From the human T2T-CHM13v2.0 reference genome, Homo sapiens: a stretch of 64,000 bases of DNA. The first letter of the stretch is position 1, and the number at the start of each line of letters is the position of its first letter. Positions 40,701 through 53,700 of the stretch are shown piece by piece. The position numbers were made by a program, and so were the translations under genes. The stretch lies in assembly GCF_009914755.1 (NCBI RefSeq), contig NC_060942.1, one strand, 5' to 3'. Below the pieces are notes generated by a model. The model worked only from the letters and a program-made list of their open reading frames with translations, did not search any database and was not told the origin of the DNA.

Positions 40701-43700
40701 GAACATTTCTTTAGACAGAACAGTTTTGAAACACTCTTTTTGTGGAATCTGCAAGTGGCTATTTGGCTAGATTTGAGGATTTCGTTGGAAACGGGATTAC
40801 ATATAAAAAGCAGTCAGCGGCATTCTCAGAAAGTTCTTTGTGATGATTGCATTCAAGTCACAGAATTGAACATTCCCTTTCACAGAGCAGGTTTGAAACA
40901 CTCTTTTTGTAGTGTGTGTAAGTGGACATTTGGAGCACTTACCGGCCTAAGGTGAAAAAGGAAATAATCTTCCCATAAAAACTAGACAGAAGCATTCTCA
41001 GAAACTTACTCGTGATGTGTGTCCTCAACTAAAGGAGTAGAACCTTTCTTTTCATAGAGAAGTTTTGAAACGCTCTTTTTGTGGAATCTGCAAGTGGATA
41101 TTTGGCTAGTTTTGAGGATTTCGTTGGAAGCGGGAATTCATACAAATTGCAGACTGCAGCGTTCTGAGAAACATCTTTGTGATGTTTGTATTCAGGACAC
41201 AGAGTTGAACATTCCCTATCATAGAGCAGGTTTGAATCACTCCTTTTGTAGTATCTGGAAGTGGACATTTGGAGCGCTTTCAGGCCTATGTTGGAAAAGG
41301 AAATATCTTCCCATAACAACTAGACAGAAGCATTCTCAGAAACTTATTTGAGATGTGTGTACTCAACTAAGAGAATTGAACCACCGTTTTGAAGGAGCAG
41401 TTTTGAAACTCTCTTTTTCTGGAATCTGCAAGTGGATATTTGGCTAGCTTTGGGGATTTCGCTGGAAGCGGGAATACATATAAAAAGCACACAGCAGCGT
41501 TCTGAGAAACTGCTTTCTGATGTTTGCATTCAAGTCAAAAGTTGAACACTCCCTTTCATAGAGCAGTCCTGAAACACCCCTTTTGTAGTATCTGGAACTG
41601 GACTTTTGGAGCGATTTCAGGGCTAAGGTGAAAAAGGAAATATCTTCCCATAAAAACTGGACAGAAGCATTCTCAGAAACTTGTTTATGCTGTATCTACT
41701 CAACTAACAAAGTTGAACCTTTCTTTTGATAGAGCAGTTTTGAAATGGTCTTTTTGTGGAATCTGCAAGTGGATATTTGGCTAGTTTTGAGGATTTCGTT
41801 GGAAGCGGGAATTCATACAAATTGCAGACTGCAGCGTTCTGAGAAACATCTTTGTGATGTTTGTATTCAGGACACAGAGTTGAACATTCCCTATCATAGA
41901 GCAGGTTGGAATCACTCCTTTTGTAGTATCTGGAAGTGGACATTTGGAGCGCTTTCAGGCCTATTTTGGAAAGGGAAATATCTTCCCGTAACAACTATGC
42001 AGAAGCATTCTCAGAAACTTGTTTGTGATGTGTGCCCTCTACTGACAGAGTTGAACCTTTCTTTTCATAGAGCAGTTTTGAAACACTCTTTTTGTAGAAT
42101 CTGCAAGAGGATATTTGCATAGCTTTGAGGATTTCGTGGGAAACGGGATTGTCTTCAGGTAAAATCTAGACAGAAGCATTCTCAGAAACTTCTTTGGGAT
42201 GTTTGCATTCAAGTCACAGAGTAGAACATTCCCTTTGGTAGAGCAGGTTTGAAACACTCTTTTTGTAGTATCTGGAAGTGGACATTTGGAGCGCTTTCAG
42301 GCCCATGTTGGAAAGGGAAATATCTTCCCGTAACAACTAGGCAGAAGCATTCTCAGAAACTTATTTGAGATGTGTGTACTCAACTAAGAGAATTGAACCA
42401 CCGTTTTGAAGGAGCAGTTTTGAAACACTCTTTTTCTGGAATCTGCAAGAGTATATTTGCCTAGCCTTGAGGATTTCGTTGGAAACGGGATTGTCTTCAG
42501 AGAAAATCTAGACAGAAGCATTCTCAGAAACTTCTTTGGGATGCTTGCATTCAAGTCACAGAGTAGAACATTCCCTTTGGTAGAGCAGGTTTGAAACACT
42601 CTTTTTTTAGTATCTGGAAGTGGACATTTGGAGCGCTTTCAGGCCTACGTTGGAAAAGGAAATATCTTCCCATAACAACTAGACAGAAGCATTCTCAGAA
42701 ACTAGTTTCTGATGTGTGTCCTCAACTAACACAGTTGAACATTTCTTTAGACAGAACAGTTTTGAAACACTCTTTTTGTGGAATCTGCAAGTGGCTATTT
42801 GGCTAGATTTGAGGATTTCGTTGGAAACGGGATTACATATAAAAAGCAGTCAGCGGCATTCTCAGAAAGTTCTTTGTGATGATTGCATTCAAGTCACAGA
42901 ATTGAACATTCCCTTTCACAGAGCAGGTTTGAAACACTCTTTTTGTAGTGTGTGTAAGTGGACATTTGGAGCACTTACCGGCCTAAGGTGAAAAAGGAAA
43001 TAATCTTCCCATAAAAACTAGACAGAAGCATTCTCAGAAACTTACTCGTGATGTGTGTCCTCAACTAAAGGAGTAGAACCTTTCTTTTCATAGAGAAGTT
43101 TTGAAACGCTCTTTTTGTGGAATCTGCAAGTGGATATTTGGCTAGTTTTGAGGATTTCGTTGGAAGCGGGAATTCATACAAATTGCAGACTGCAGCGTTC
43201 TGAGAAACATCTTTGTGATGTTTGTATTCAGGACACAGAGTTGAACATTCCCTATCATAGAGCAGGTTGGAATCACTCCTTTTGTAGTATCTGGAAGTGG
43301 ACATTTGGAGCGCTTTCAGGCCTATGTTGGAAAAGGAAATATCTTCCCATAACAACTAGACAGAAGCATTCTCAGAAACTTATTTGAGATGTGTGTACTC
43401 AACTAAGAGAATTGAACCACCGTTTTGAAGGAGCAGTTTTGAAACTCTCTTTTTCTGGAATCTGCAAGTGGATATTTGGCTAGCTTTGGGGATTTCGCTG
43501 GAAGCGGGAATACATATAAAAAGCACACAGCAGCGTTCTGAGAAACTGCTTTCTGATGTTTGCATTCAAGTCAAAAGTTGAACACTCCCTTTCATAGAGC
43601 AGTCCTGAAACACCCCTTTTGTAGTATCTGGAACTGGACTTTTGGAGCGATTTCAGGGCTAAGGTGAAAAAGGAAATATCTTCCCATAAAAACTGGACAG

Positions 43701-44792
43701 AAGCATTCTCAGAAACTTGTTTATGCTGTATCTACTCAACTAACAAAGTTGAACCTTTCTTTTGATAGAGCAGTTTTGAAATGGTCTTTTTGTGGAATCT
43801 GCAAGTGGATATTTGGCTAGTTTTGAGGATTTCGTTGGAAGCGGGAATTCATACAAATTGCAGACTGCAGCGTTCTGAGAAACATCTTTGTGATGTTTGT
43901 ATTCAGGACACAGAGTTGAACATTCCCTATCATAGAGCAGGTTGGAATCACTCCTTTTGTAGTATCTGGAAGTGGACATTTGGAGCGCTTTCAGGCCTAT
44001 TTTGGAAAGGGAAATATCTTCCCGTAACAACTATGCAGAAGCATTCTCAGAAACTTGTTTGTGATGTGTGCCCTCTACTGACAGAGTTGAACCTTTCTTT
44101 TCATAGAGCAGTTTTGAAACACTCTTTTTGTAGAATCTGCAAGAGGATATTTGCATAGCTTTGAGGATTTCGTGGGAAACGGGATTGTCTTCAGGTAAAA
44201 TCTAGACAGAAGCATTCTCAGAAACTTCTTTGGGATGTTTGCATTCAAGTCACAGAGTAGAACATTCCCTTTGGTAGAGCAGGTTTGAAACACTCTTTTT
44301 GTAGTATCTGGAAGTGGACATTTGGAGCGCTTTCAGGCCCATGTTGGAAAGGGAAATATCTTCCCGTAACAACTAGGCAGAAGCATTCTCAGAAACTTAT
44401 TTGAGATGTGTGTACTCAACTAAGAGAATTGAACCACCGTTTTGAAGGAGCAGTTTTGAAACACTCTTTTTCTGGAATCTGCAAGAGTATATTTGCCTAG
44501 CCTTGAGGATTTCGTTGGAAACGGGATTGTCTTCAGAGAAAATCTAGACAGAAGCATTCTCAGAAACTTCTTTGGGATGCTTGCATTCAAGTCACAGAGT
44601 AGAACATTCCCTTTGGTAGAGCAGGTTTGAAACACTCTTTTTGTAGTATCTGGAAGTGGACATTTGGAGCGCTTTCAGGCCTACGTTGGAAAAGGAAATA
44701 TCTTCCCATAACAACTAGACAGAAGCATTCTCAGAAACTAGTTTCTGATGTGTGTCCTCAACTAACACAGTTGAACATTTCTTTAGACAGAA

Positions 44793-47700
44793 CAGTTTTG
44801 AAACACTCTTTTTGTGGAATCTGCAAGTGGCTATTTGGCTAGATTTGAGGATTTCGTTGGAAACGGGATTACATATAAAAAGCAGTCAGCGGCATTCTCA
44901 GAAAGTTCTTTGTGATGATTGCATTCAAGTCACAGAATTGAACATTCCCTTTCACAGAGCAGGTTTGAAACACTCTTTTTGTAGTGTGTGTAAGTGGACA
45001 TTTGGAGCACTTACCGGCCTAAGGTGAAAAAGGAAATATCTTCCCATAAAAACTAGACAGAAGCATTCTCAGAAACTTACTCGTGATGTGTGTCCTCAAC
45101 TAAAGGAGTAGAACCTTTCTTTTCATAGAGAAGTTTTGAAACGCTCTTTTTGTGGAATCTGCAAGTGGATATTTGGCTAGTTTTGAGGATTTCGTTGGAA
45201 GCGGGAATTCATACAAATTGCAGACTGCAGCGTTCTGAGAAACATCTTTGTGATGTTTGTATTCAGGACACAGAGTTGAACATTCCCTATCATAGAGCAG
45301 GTTGGAATCACTCCTTTTGTAGTATCTGGAAGTGGACATTTGGAGCGCTTTCAGGCCTATGTTGGAAAAGGAAATATCTTCCCATAACAACTAGACAGAA
45401 GCATTCTCAGAAACTTATTTGAGATGTGTGTACTCAACTAAGAGAATTGAACCACCGTTTTGAAGGAGCAGTTTTGAAACTCTCTTTTTCTGGAATCTGC
45501 AAGTGGATATTTGGCTAGCTTTGGGGATTTCGCTGGAAGCGGGAATACATATAAAAAGCACACAGCAGCGTTCTGAGAAACTGCTTTCTGATGTTTGCAT
45601 TCAAGTCAAAAGTTGAACACTCCCTTTCATAGAGCAGTCCTGAAACACCCCTTTTGTAGTATCTGGAACTGGACTTTTGGAGCGATTTCAGGGCTAAGGT
45701 GAAAAAGGAAATATCTTCCCATAAAAACTGGACAGAAGCATTCTCAGAAACTTGTTTATGCTGTATCTACTCAACTAACAAAGTTGAACCTTTCTTTTGA
45801 TAGAGCAGTTTTGAAATGGTCTTTTTGTGGAATCTGCAAGTGGATATTTGGCTAGTTTTGAGGATTTCGTTGGAAGCGGGAATTCATACAAATTGCAGAC
45901 TGCAGCGTTCTGAGAAACATCTTTGTGATGTTTGTATTCAGGACACAGAGTTGAACATTCCCTATCATAGAGCAGGTTGGAATCACTCCTTTTGTAGTAT
46001 CTGGAAGTGGACATTTGGAGCGCTTTCAGGCCTATTTTGGAAAGGGAAATATCTTCCCGTAACAACTATGCAGAAGCATTCTCAGAAACTTGTTTGTGAT
46101 GTGTGCCCTCTACTGACAGAGTTGAACCTTTCTTTTCATAGAGCAGTTTTGAAACACTCTTTTTGTAGAATCTGCAAGAGGATATTTGCATAGCTTTGAG
46201 GATTTCGTGGGAAACGGGATTGTCTTCAGGTAAAATCTAGACAGAAGCATTCTCAGAAACTTCTTTGGGATGTTTGCATTCAAGTCACAGAGTAGAACAT
46301 TCCCTTTGGTAGAGCAGGTTTGAAACACTCTTTTTGTAGTATCTGGAAGTGGACATTTGGAGCGCTTTCAGGCCCATGTTGGAAAGGGAAATATCTTCCC
46401 GTAACAACTAGGCAGAAGCATTCTCAGAAACTTATTTGAGATGTGTGTACTCAACTAAGAGAATTGAACCACCGTTTTGAAGGAGCAGTTTTGAAACACT
46501 CTTTTTCTGGAATCTGCAAGAGTATATTTGCCTAGCCTTGAGGATTTCGTTGGAAACGGGATTGTCTTCAGAGAAAATCTAGACAGAAGCATTCTCAGAA
46601 ACTTCTTTGGGATGCTTGCATTCAAGTCACAGAGTAGAACATTCCCTTTGGTAGAGCAGGTTTGAAACACTCTTTTTGTAGTATCTGGAAGTGGACATTT
46701 GGAGCGCTTTCAGGCCTACGTTGGAAAAGGAAATATCTTCCCATAACAACTAGACAGAAGCATTCTCAGAAACTAGTTTCTGATGTGTGTCCTCAACTAA
46801 CACAGTTGAACATTTCTTTAGACAGAACAGTTTTGAAACACTCTTTTTGTGGAATCTGCAAGTGGCTATTTGGCTAGATTTGAGGATTTCGTTGGAAACG
46901 GGATTACATATAAAAAGCAGTCAGCGGCATTCTCAGAAAGTTCTTTGTGATGATTGCATTCAAGTCACAGAATTGAACATTCCCTTTCACAGAGCAGGTT
47001 TGAAACACTCTTTTTGTAGTGTGTGTAAGTGGACATTTGGAGCACTTACCGGCCTAAGGTGAAAAAGGAAATATCTTCCCATAAAAACTAGACAGAAGCA
47101 TTCTCAGAAACTTACTCGTGATGTGTGTCCTCAACTAAAGGAGTAGAACCTTTCTTTTCATAGAGAAGTTTTGAAACGCTCTTTTTGTGGAATCTGCAAG
47201 TGGATATTTGGCTAGTTTTGAGGATTTCGTTGGAAGCGGGAATTCATACAAATTGCAGACTGCAGCGTTCTGAGAAACATCTTTGTGATGTTTGTATTCA
47301 GGACACAGAGTTGAACATTCCCTATCATAGAGCAGGTTTGAATCACTCCTTTTGTAGTATCTGGAAGTGGACATTTGGAGCGCTTTCAGGCCTATGTTGG
47401 AAAAGGAAATATCTTCCCATAACAACTAGACAGAAGCATTCTCAGAAACTTATTTGAGATGTGTGTACTCAACTAAGAGAATTGAACCACCGTTTTGAAG
47501 GAGCAGTTTTGAAACTCTCTTTTTCTGGAATCTGCAAGTGGATATTTGGCTAGCTTTGGGGATTTCGCTGGAAGCGGGAATACATATAAAAAGCACACAG
47601 CAGCGTTCTGAGAAACTGCTTTCTGATGTTTGCATTCAAGTCAAAAGTTGAACACTCCCTTTCATAGAGCAGTCCTGAAACACCCCTTTTGTAGTATCTG

Positions 47701-50700
47701 GAACTGGACTTTTGGAGCGATTTCAGGGCTAAGGTGAAAAAGGAAATATCTTCCCATAAAAACTGGACAGAAGCATTCTCAGAAACTTGTTTATGCTGTA
47801 TCTACTCAACTAACAAAGTTGAACCTTTCTTTTGATAGAGCAGTTTTGAAATGGTCTTTTTGTGGAATCTGCAAGTGGATATTTGGCTAGTTTTGAGGAT
47901 TTCGTTGGAAGCGGGAATTCATACAAATTGCAGACTGCAGCGTTCTGAGAAACATCTTTGTGATGTTTGTATTCAGGACACAGAGTTGAACATTCCCTAT
48001 CATAGAGCAGGTTGGAATCACTCCTTTTGTAGTATCTGGAAGTGGACATTTGGAGCGCTTTCAGGCCTATTTTGGAAAGGGAAATATCTTCCCGTAACAA
48101 CTATGCAGAAGCATTCTCAGAAACTTGTTTGTGATGTGTGCCCTCTACTGACAGAGTTGAACCTTTCTTTTCATAGAGCAGTTTTGAAACACTCTTTTTG
48201 TAGAATCTGCAAGAGGATATTTGCATAGCTTTGAGGATTTCGTGGGAAACGGGATTGTCTTCAGGTAAAATCTAGACAGAAGCATTCTCAGAAACTTCTT
48301 TGGGATGTTTGCATTCAAGTCACAGAGTAGAACATTCCCTTTGGTAGAGCAGGTTTGAAACACTCTTTTTGTAGTATCTGGAAGTGGACATTTGGAGCGC
48401 TTTCAGGCCCATGTTGGAAAGGGAAATATCTTCCCGTAACAACTAGGCAGAAGCATTCTCAGAAACTTATTTGAGATGTGTGTACTCAACTAAGAGAATT
48501 GAACCACCGTTTTGAAGGAGCAGTTTTGAAACACTCTTTTTCTGGAATCTGCAAGAGTATATTTGCCTAGCCTTGAGGATTTCGTTGGAAACGGGATTGT
48601 CTTCAGAGAAAATCTAGACAGAAGCATTCTCAGAAACTTCTTTGGGATGCTTGCATTCAAGTCACAGAGTAGAACATTCCCTTTGGTAGAGCAGGTTTGA
48701 AACACTCTTTTTGTAGTATCTGGAAGTGGACATTTGGAGCGCTTTCAGGCCTACGTTGGAAAAGGAAATATCTTCCCATAACAACTAGACAGAAGCATTC
48801 TCAGAAACTAGTTTCTGATGTGTGTCCTCAACTAACACAGTTGAACATTTCTTTAGACAGAACAGTTTTGAAACACTCTTTTTGTGGAATCTGCAAGTGG
48901 CTATTTGGCTAGATTTGAGGATTTCGTTGGAAACGGGATTACATATAAAAAGCAGTCAGCGGCATTCTCAGAAAGTTCTTTGTGATGATTGCATTCAAGT
49001 CACAGAATTGAACATTCCCTTTCACAGAGCAGGTTTGAAACACTCTTTTTGTAGTGTGTGTAAGTGGACATTTGGAGCACTTACCGGCCTAAGGTGAAAA
49101 AGGAAATATCTTCCCATAAAAACTAGACAGAAGCATTCTCAGAAACTTACTCGTGATGTGTGTCCTCAACTAAAGGAGTAGAACCTTTCTTTTCATAGAG
49201 AAGTTTTGAAACGCTCTTTTTGTGGAATCTGCAAGTGGATATTTGGCTAGTTTTGAGGATTTCGTTGGAAGCGGGAATTCATACAAATTGCAGACTGCAG
49301 CGTTCTGAGAAACATCTTTGTGATGTTTGTATTCAGGACACAGAGTTGAACATTCCCTATCATAGAGCAGGTTTGAATCACTCCTTTTGTAGTATCTGGA
49401 AGTGGACATTTGGAGCGCTTTCAGGCCTATGTTGGAAAAGGAAATATCTTCCCATAACAACTAGACAGAAGCATTCTCAGAAACTTATTTGAGATGTGTG
49501 TACTCAACTAAGAGAATTGAACCACCGTTTTGAAGGAGCAGTTTTGAAACTCTCTTTTTCTGGAATCTGCAAGTGGATATTTGGCTAGCTTTGGGGATTT
49601 CGCTGGAAGCGGGAATACATATAAAAAGCACACAGCAGCGTTCTGAGAAACTGCTTTCTGATGTTTGCATTCAAGTCAAAAGTTGAACACTCCCTTTCAT
49701 AGAGCAGTCCTGAAACACCCCTTTTGTAGTATCTGGAACTGGACTTTTGGAGCGATTTCAGGGCTAAGGTGAAAAAGGAAATATCTTCCCATAAAAACTG
49801 GACAGAAGCATTCTCAGAAACTTGTTTATGCTGTATCTACTCAACTAACAAAGTTGAACCTTTCTTTTGATAGAGCAGTTTTGAAATGGTCTTTTTGTGG
49901 AATCTGCAAGTGGATATTTGGCTAGTTTTGAGGATTTCGTTGGAAGCGGGAATTCATACAAATTGCAGACTGCAGCGTTCTGAGAAACATCTTTGTGATG
50001 TTTGTATTCAGGACACAGAGTTGAACATTCCCTATCATAGAGCAGGTTGGAATCACTCCTTTTGTAGTATCTGGAAGTGGACATTTGGAGCGCTTTCAGG
50101 CCTATTTTGGAAAGGGAAATATCTTCCCGTAACAACTATGCAGAAGCATTCTCAGAAACTTGTTTGTGATGTGTGCCCTCTACTGACAGAGTTGAACCTT
50201 TCTTTTCATAGAGCAGTTTTGAAACACTCTTTTTGTAGAATCTGCAAGAGGATATTTGCATAGCTTTGAGGATTTCGTGGGAAACGGGATTGTCTTCAGG
50301 TAAAATCTAGACAGAAGCATTCTCAGAAACTTCTTTGGGATGTTTGCATTCAAGTCACAGAGTAGAACATTCCCTTTGGTAGAGCAGGTTTGAAACACTC
50401 TTTTTGTAGTATCTGGAAGTGGACATTTGGAGCGCTTTCAGGCCCATGTTGGAAAGGGAAATATCTTCCCGTAACAACTAGGCAGAAGCATTCTCAGAAA
50501 CTTATTTGAGATGTGTGTACTCAACTAAGAGAATTGAACCACCGTTTTGAAGGAGCAGTTTTGAAACACTCTTTTTCTGGAATCTGCAAGAGTATATTTG
50601 CCTAGCCTTGAGGATTTCGTTGGAAACGGGATTGTCTTCAGAGAAAATCTAGACAGAAGCATTCTCAGAAACTTCTTTGGGATGCTTGCATTCAAGTCAC

Positions 50701-53700
50701 AGAGTAGAACATTCCCTTTGGTAGAGCAGGTTTGAAACACTCTTTTTGTAGTATCTGGAAGTGGACATTTGGAGCGCTTTCAGGCCTACGTTGGAAAAGG
50801 AAATATCTTCCCATAACAACTAGACAGAAGCATTCTCAGAAACTAGTTTCTGATGTGTGTCCTCAACTAACACAGTTGAACATTTCTTTAGACAGAACAG
50901 TTTTGAAACACTCTTTTTGTGGAATCTGCAAGTGGCTATTTGGCTAGATTTGAGGATTTCGTTGGAAACGGGATTACATATAAAAAGCAGTCAGCGGCAT
51001 TCTCAGAAAGTTCTTTGTGATGATTGCATTCAAGTCACAGAATTGAACATTCCCTTTCACAGAGCAGGTTTGAAACACTCTTTTTGTAGTGTGTGTAAGT
51101 GGACATTTGGAGCACTTACCGGCCTAAGGTGAAAAAGGAAATATCTTCCCATAAAAACTAGACAGAAGCATTCTCAGAAACTTACTCGTGATGTGTGTCC
51201 TCAACTAAAGGAGTAGAACCTTTCTTTTCATAGAGAAGTTTTGAAACGCTCTTTTTGTGGAATCTGCAAGTGGATATTTGGCTAGTTTTGAGGATTTCGT
51301 TGGAAGCGGGAATTCATACAAATTGCAGACTGCAGCGTTCTGAGAAACATCTTTGTGATGTTTGTATTCAGGACACAGAGTTGAACATTCCCTATCATAG
51401 AGCAGGTTTGAATCACTCCTTTTGTAGTATCTGGAAGTGGACATTTGGAGCGCTTTCAGGCCTATGTTGGAAAAGGAAATATCTTCCCATAACAACTAGA
51501 CAGAAGCATTCTCAGAAACTTATTTGAGATGTGTGTACTCAACTAAGAGAATTGAACCACCGTTTTGAAGGAGCAGTTTTGAAACTCTCTTTTTCTGGAA
51601 TCTGCAAGTGGATATTTGGCTAGCTTTGGGGATTTCGCTGGAAGCGGGAATACATATAAAAAGCACACAGCAGCGTTCTGAGAAACTGCTTTCTGATGTT
51701 TGCATTCAAGTCAAAGGTTGAACACTCCCTTTCATAGAGCAGTCCTGAAACACCCCTTTTGTAGTATCTGGAACTGGACTTTTGGAGCGATTTCAGGGCT
51801 AAGGTGAAAAAGGAAATATCTTCCCATAAAAACTGGACAGAAGCATTCTCAGAAACTTGTTTATGCTGTATCTACTCAACTAACAAAGTTGAACCTTTCT
51901 TTTGATAGAGCAGTTTTGAAATGGTCTTTTTGTGGAATCTGCAAGTGGATATTTGGCTAGTTTTGAGGATTTCGTTGGAAGCGGGAATTCATACAAATTG
52001 CAGACTGCAGCGTTCTGAGAAACATCTTTGTGATGTTTGTATTCAGGACACAGAGTTGAACATTCCCTATCATAGAGCAGGTTGGAATCACTCCTTTTGT
52101 AGTATCTGGAAGTGGACATTTGGAGCGCTTTCAGGCCTATTTTGGAAAGGGAAATATCTTCCCGTAACAACTATGCAGAAGCATTCTCAGAAACTTGTTT
52201 GTGATGTGTGCCCTCTACTGACAGAGTTGAACCTTTCTTTTCATAGAGCAGTTTTGAAACACTCTTTTTGTAGAATCTGCAAGAGGATATTTGCATAGCT
52301 TTGAGGATTTCGTGGGAAACGGGATTGTCTTCAGGTAAAATCTAGACAGAAGCATTCTCAGAAACTTCTTTGGGATGTTTGCATTCAAGTCACAGAGTAG
52401 AACATTCCCTTTGGTAGAGCAGGTTTGAAACACTCTTTTTGTAGTATCTGGAAGTGGACATTTGGAGCGCTTTCAGGCCCATGTTGGAAAGGGAAATATC
52501 TTCCCGTAACAACTAGGCAGAAGCATTCTCAGAAACTTATTTGAGATGTGTGTACTCAACTAAGAGAATTGAACCACCGTTTTGAAGGAGCAGTTTTGAA
52601 ACACTCTTTTTCTGGAATCTGCAAGAGTATATTTGCCTAGCCTTGAGGATTTCGTTGGAAACGGGATTGTCTTCAGAGAAAATCTAGACAGAAGCATTCT
52701 CAGAAACTTCTTTGGGATGCTTGCATTCAAGTCACAGAGTAGAACATTCCCTTTGGTAGAGCAGGTTTGAAACACTCTTTTTTTAGTATCTGGAAGTGGA
52801 CATTTGGAGCGCTTTCAGGCCTACGTTGGAAAAGGAAATATCTTCCCATAACAACTAGACAGAAGCATTCTCAGAAACTAGTTTCTGATGTGTGTCCTCA
52901 ACTAACACAGTTGAACATTTCTTTAGACAGAACAGTTTTGAAACACTCTTTTTGTGGAATCTGCAAGTGGCTATTTGGCTAGATTTGAGGATTTCGTTGG
53001 AAACGGGATTACATATAAAAAGCAGTCAGCGGCATTCTCAGAAAGTTCTTTGTGATGATTGCATTCAAGTCACAGAATTGAACATTCCCTTTCACAGAGC
53101 AGGTTTGAAACACTCTTTTTGTAGTGTGTGTAAGTGGACATTTGGAGCACTTACCGGCCTAAGGTGAAAAAGGAAATATCTTCCCATAAAAACTAGACAG
53201 AAGCATTCTCAGAAACTTACTCGTGATGTGTGTCCTCAACTAAAGGAGTAGAACCTTTCTTTTCATAGAGAAGTTTTGAAACGCTCTTTTTGTGGAATCT
53301 GCAAGTGGATATTTGGCTAGTTTTGAGGATTTCGTTGGAAGCGGGAATTCATACAAATTGCAGACTGCAGCGTTCTGAGAAACATCTTTGTGATGTTTGT
53401 ATTCAGGACACAGAGTTTAACATTCCCTATCATAGAGCAGGTTTGAATCACTCCTTTTGTAGTATCTGGAAGTGGACATTTGGAGCGCTTTCAGGCCTAT
53501 GTTGGAAAAGGAAATATCTTCCCATAACAACTAGACAGAAGCATTCTCAGAAACTTATTTGAGATGTGTGTACTCAACTAAGAGAATTGAACCACCGTTT
53601 TGAAGGAGCAGTTTTGAAACTCTCTTTTTCTGGAATCTGCAAGTGGATATTTGGCTAGCTTTGGGGATTTCGCTGGAAGCGGGAATACATATAAAAAGCA

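Larger units (their letters stand above)
1..44792 (+). repeat. Sub-array of 22 HOR copies, 2036-bp type (GGAAATAATCTTCCC allele)
   Basis: The extra A is seen at 246-247 through 43002-43003, and the ORF period is 2036. The right boundary is only resolvable to the interval 43004-45037. Confidence 0.95.
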
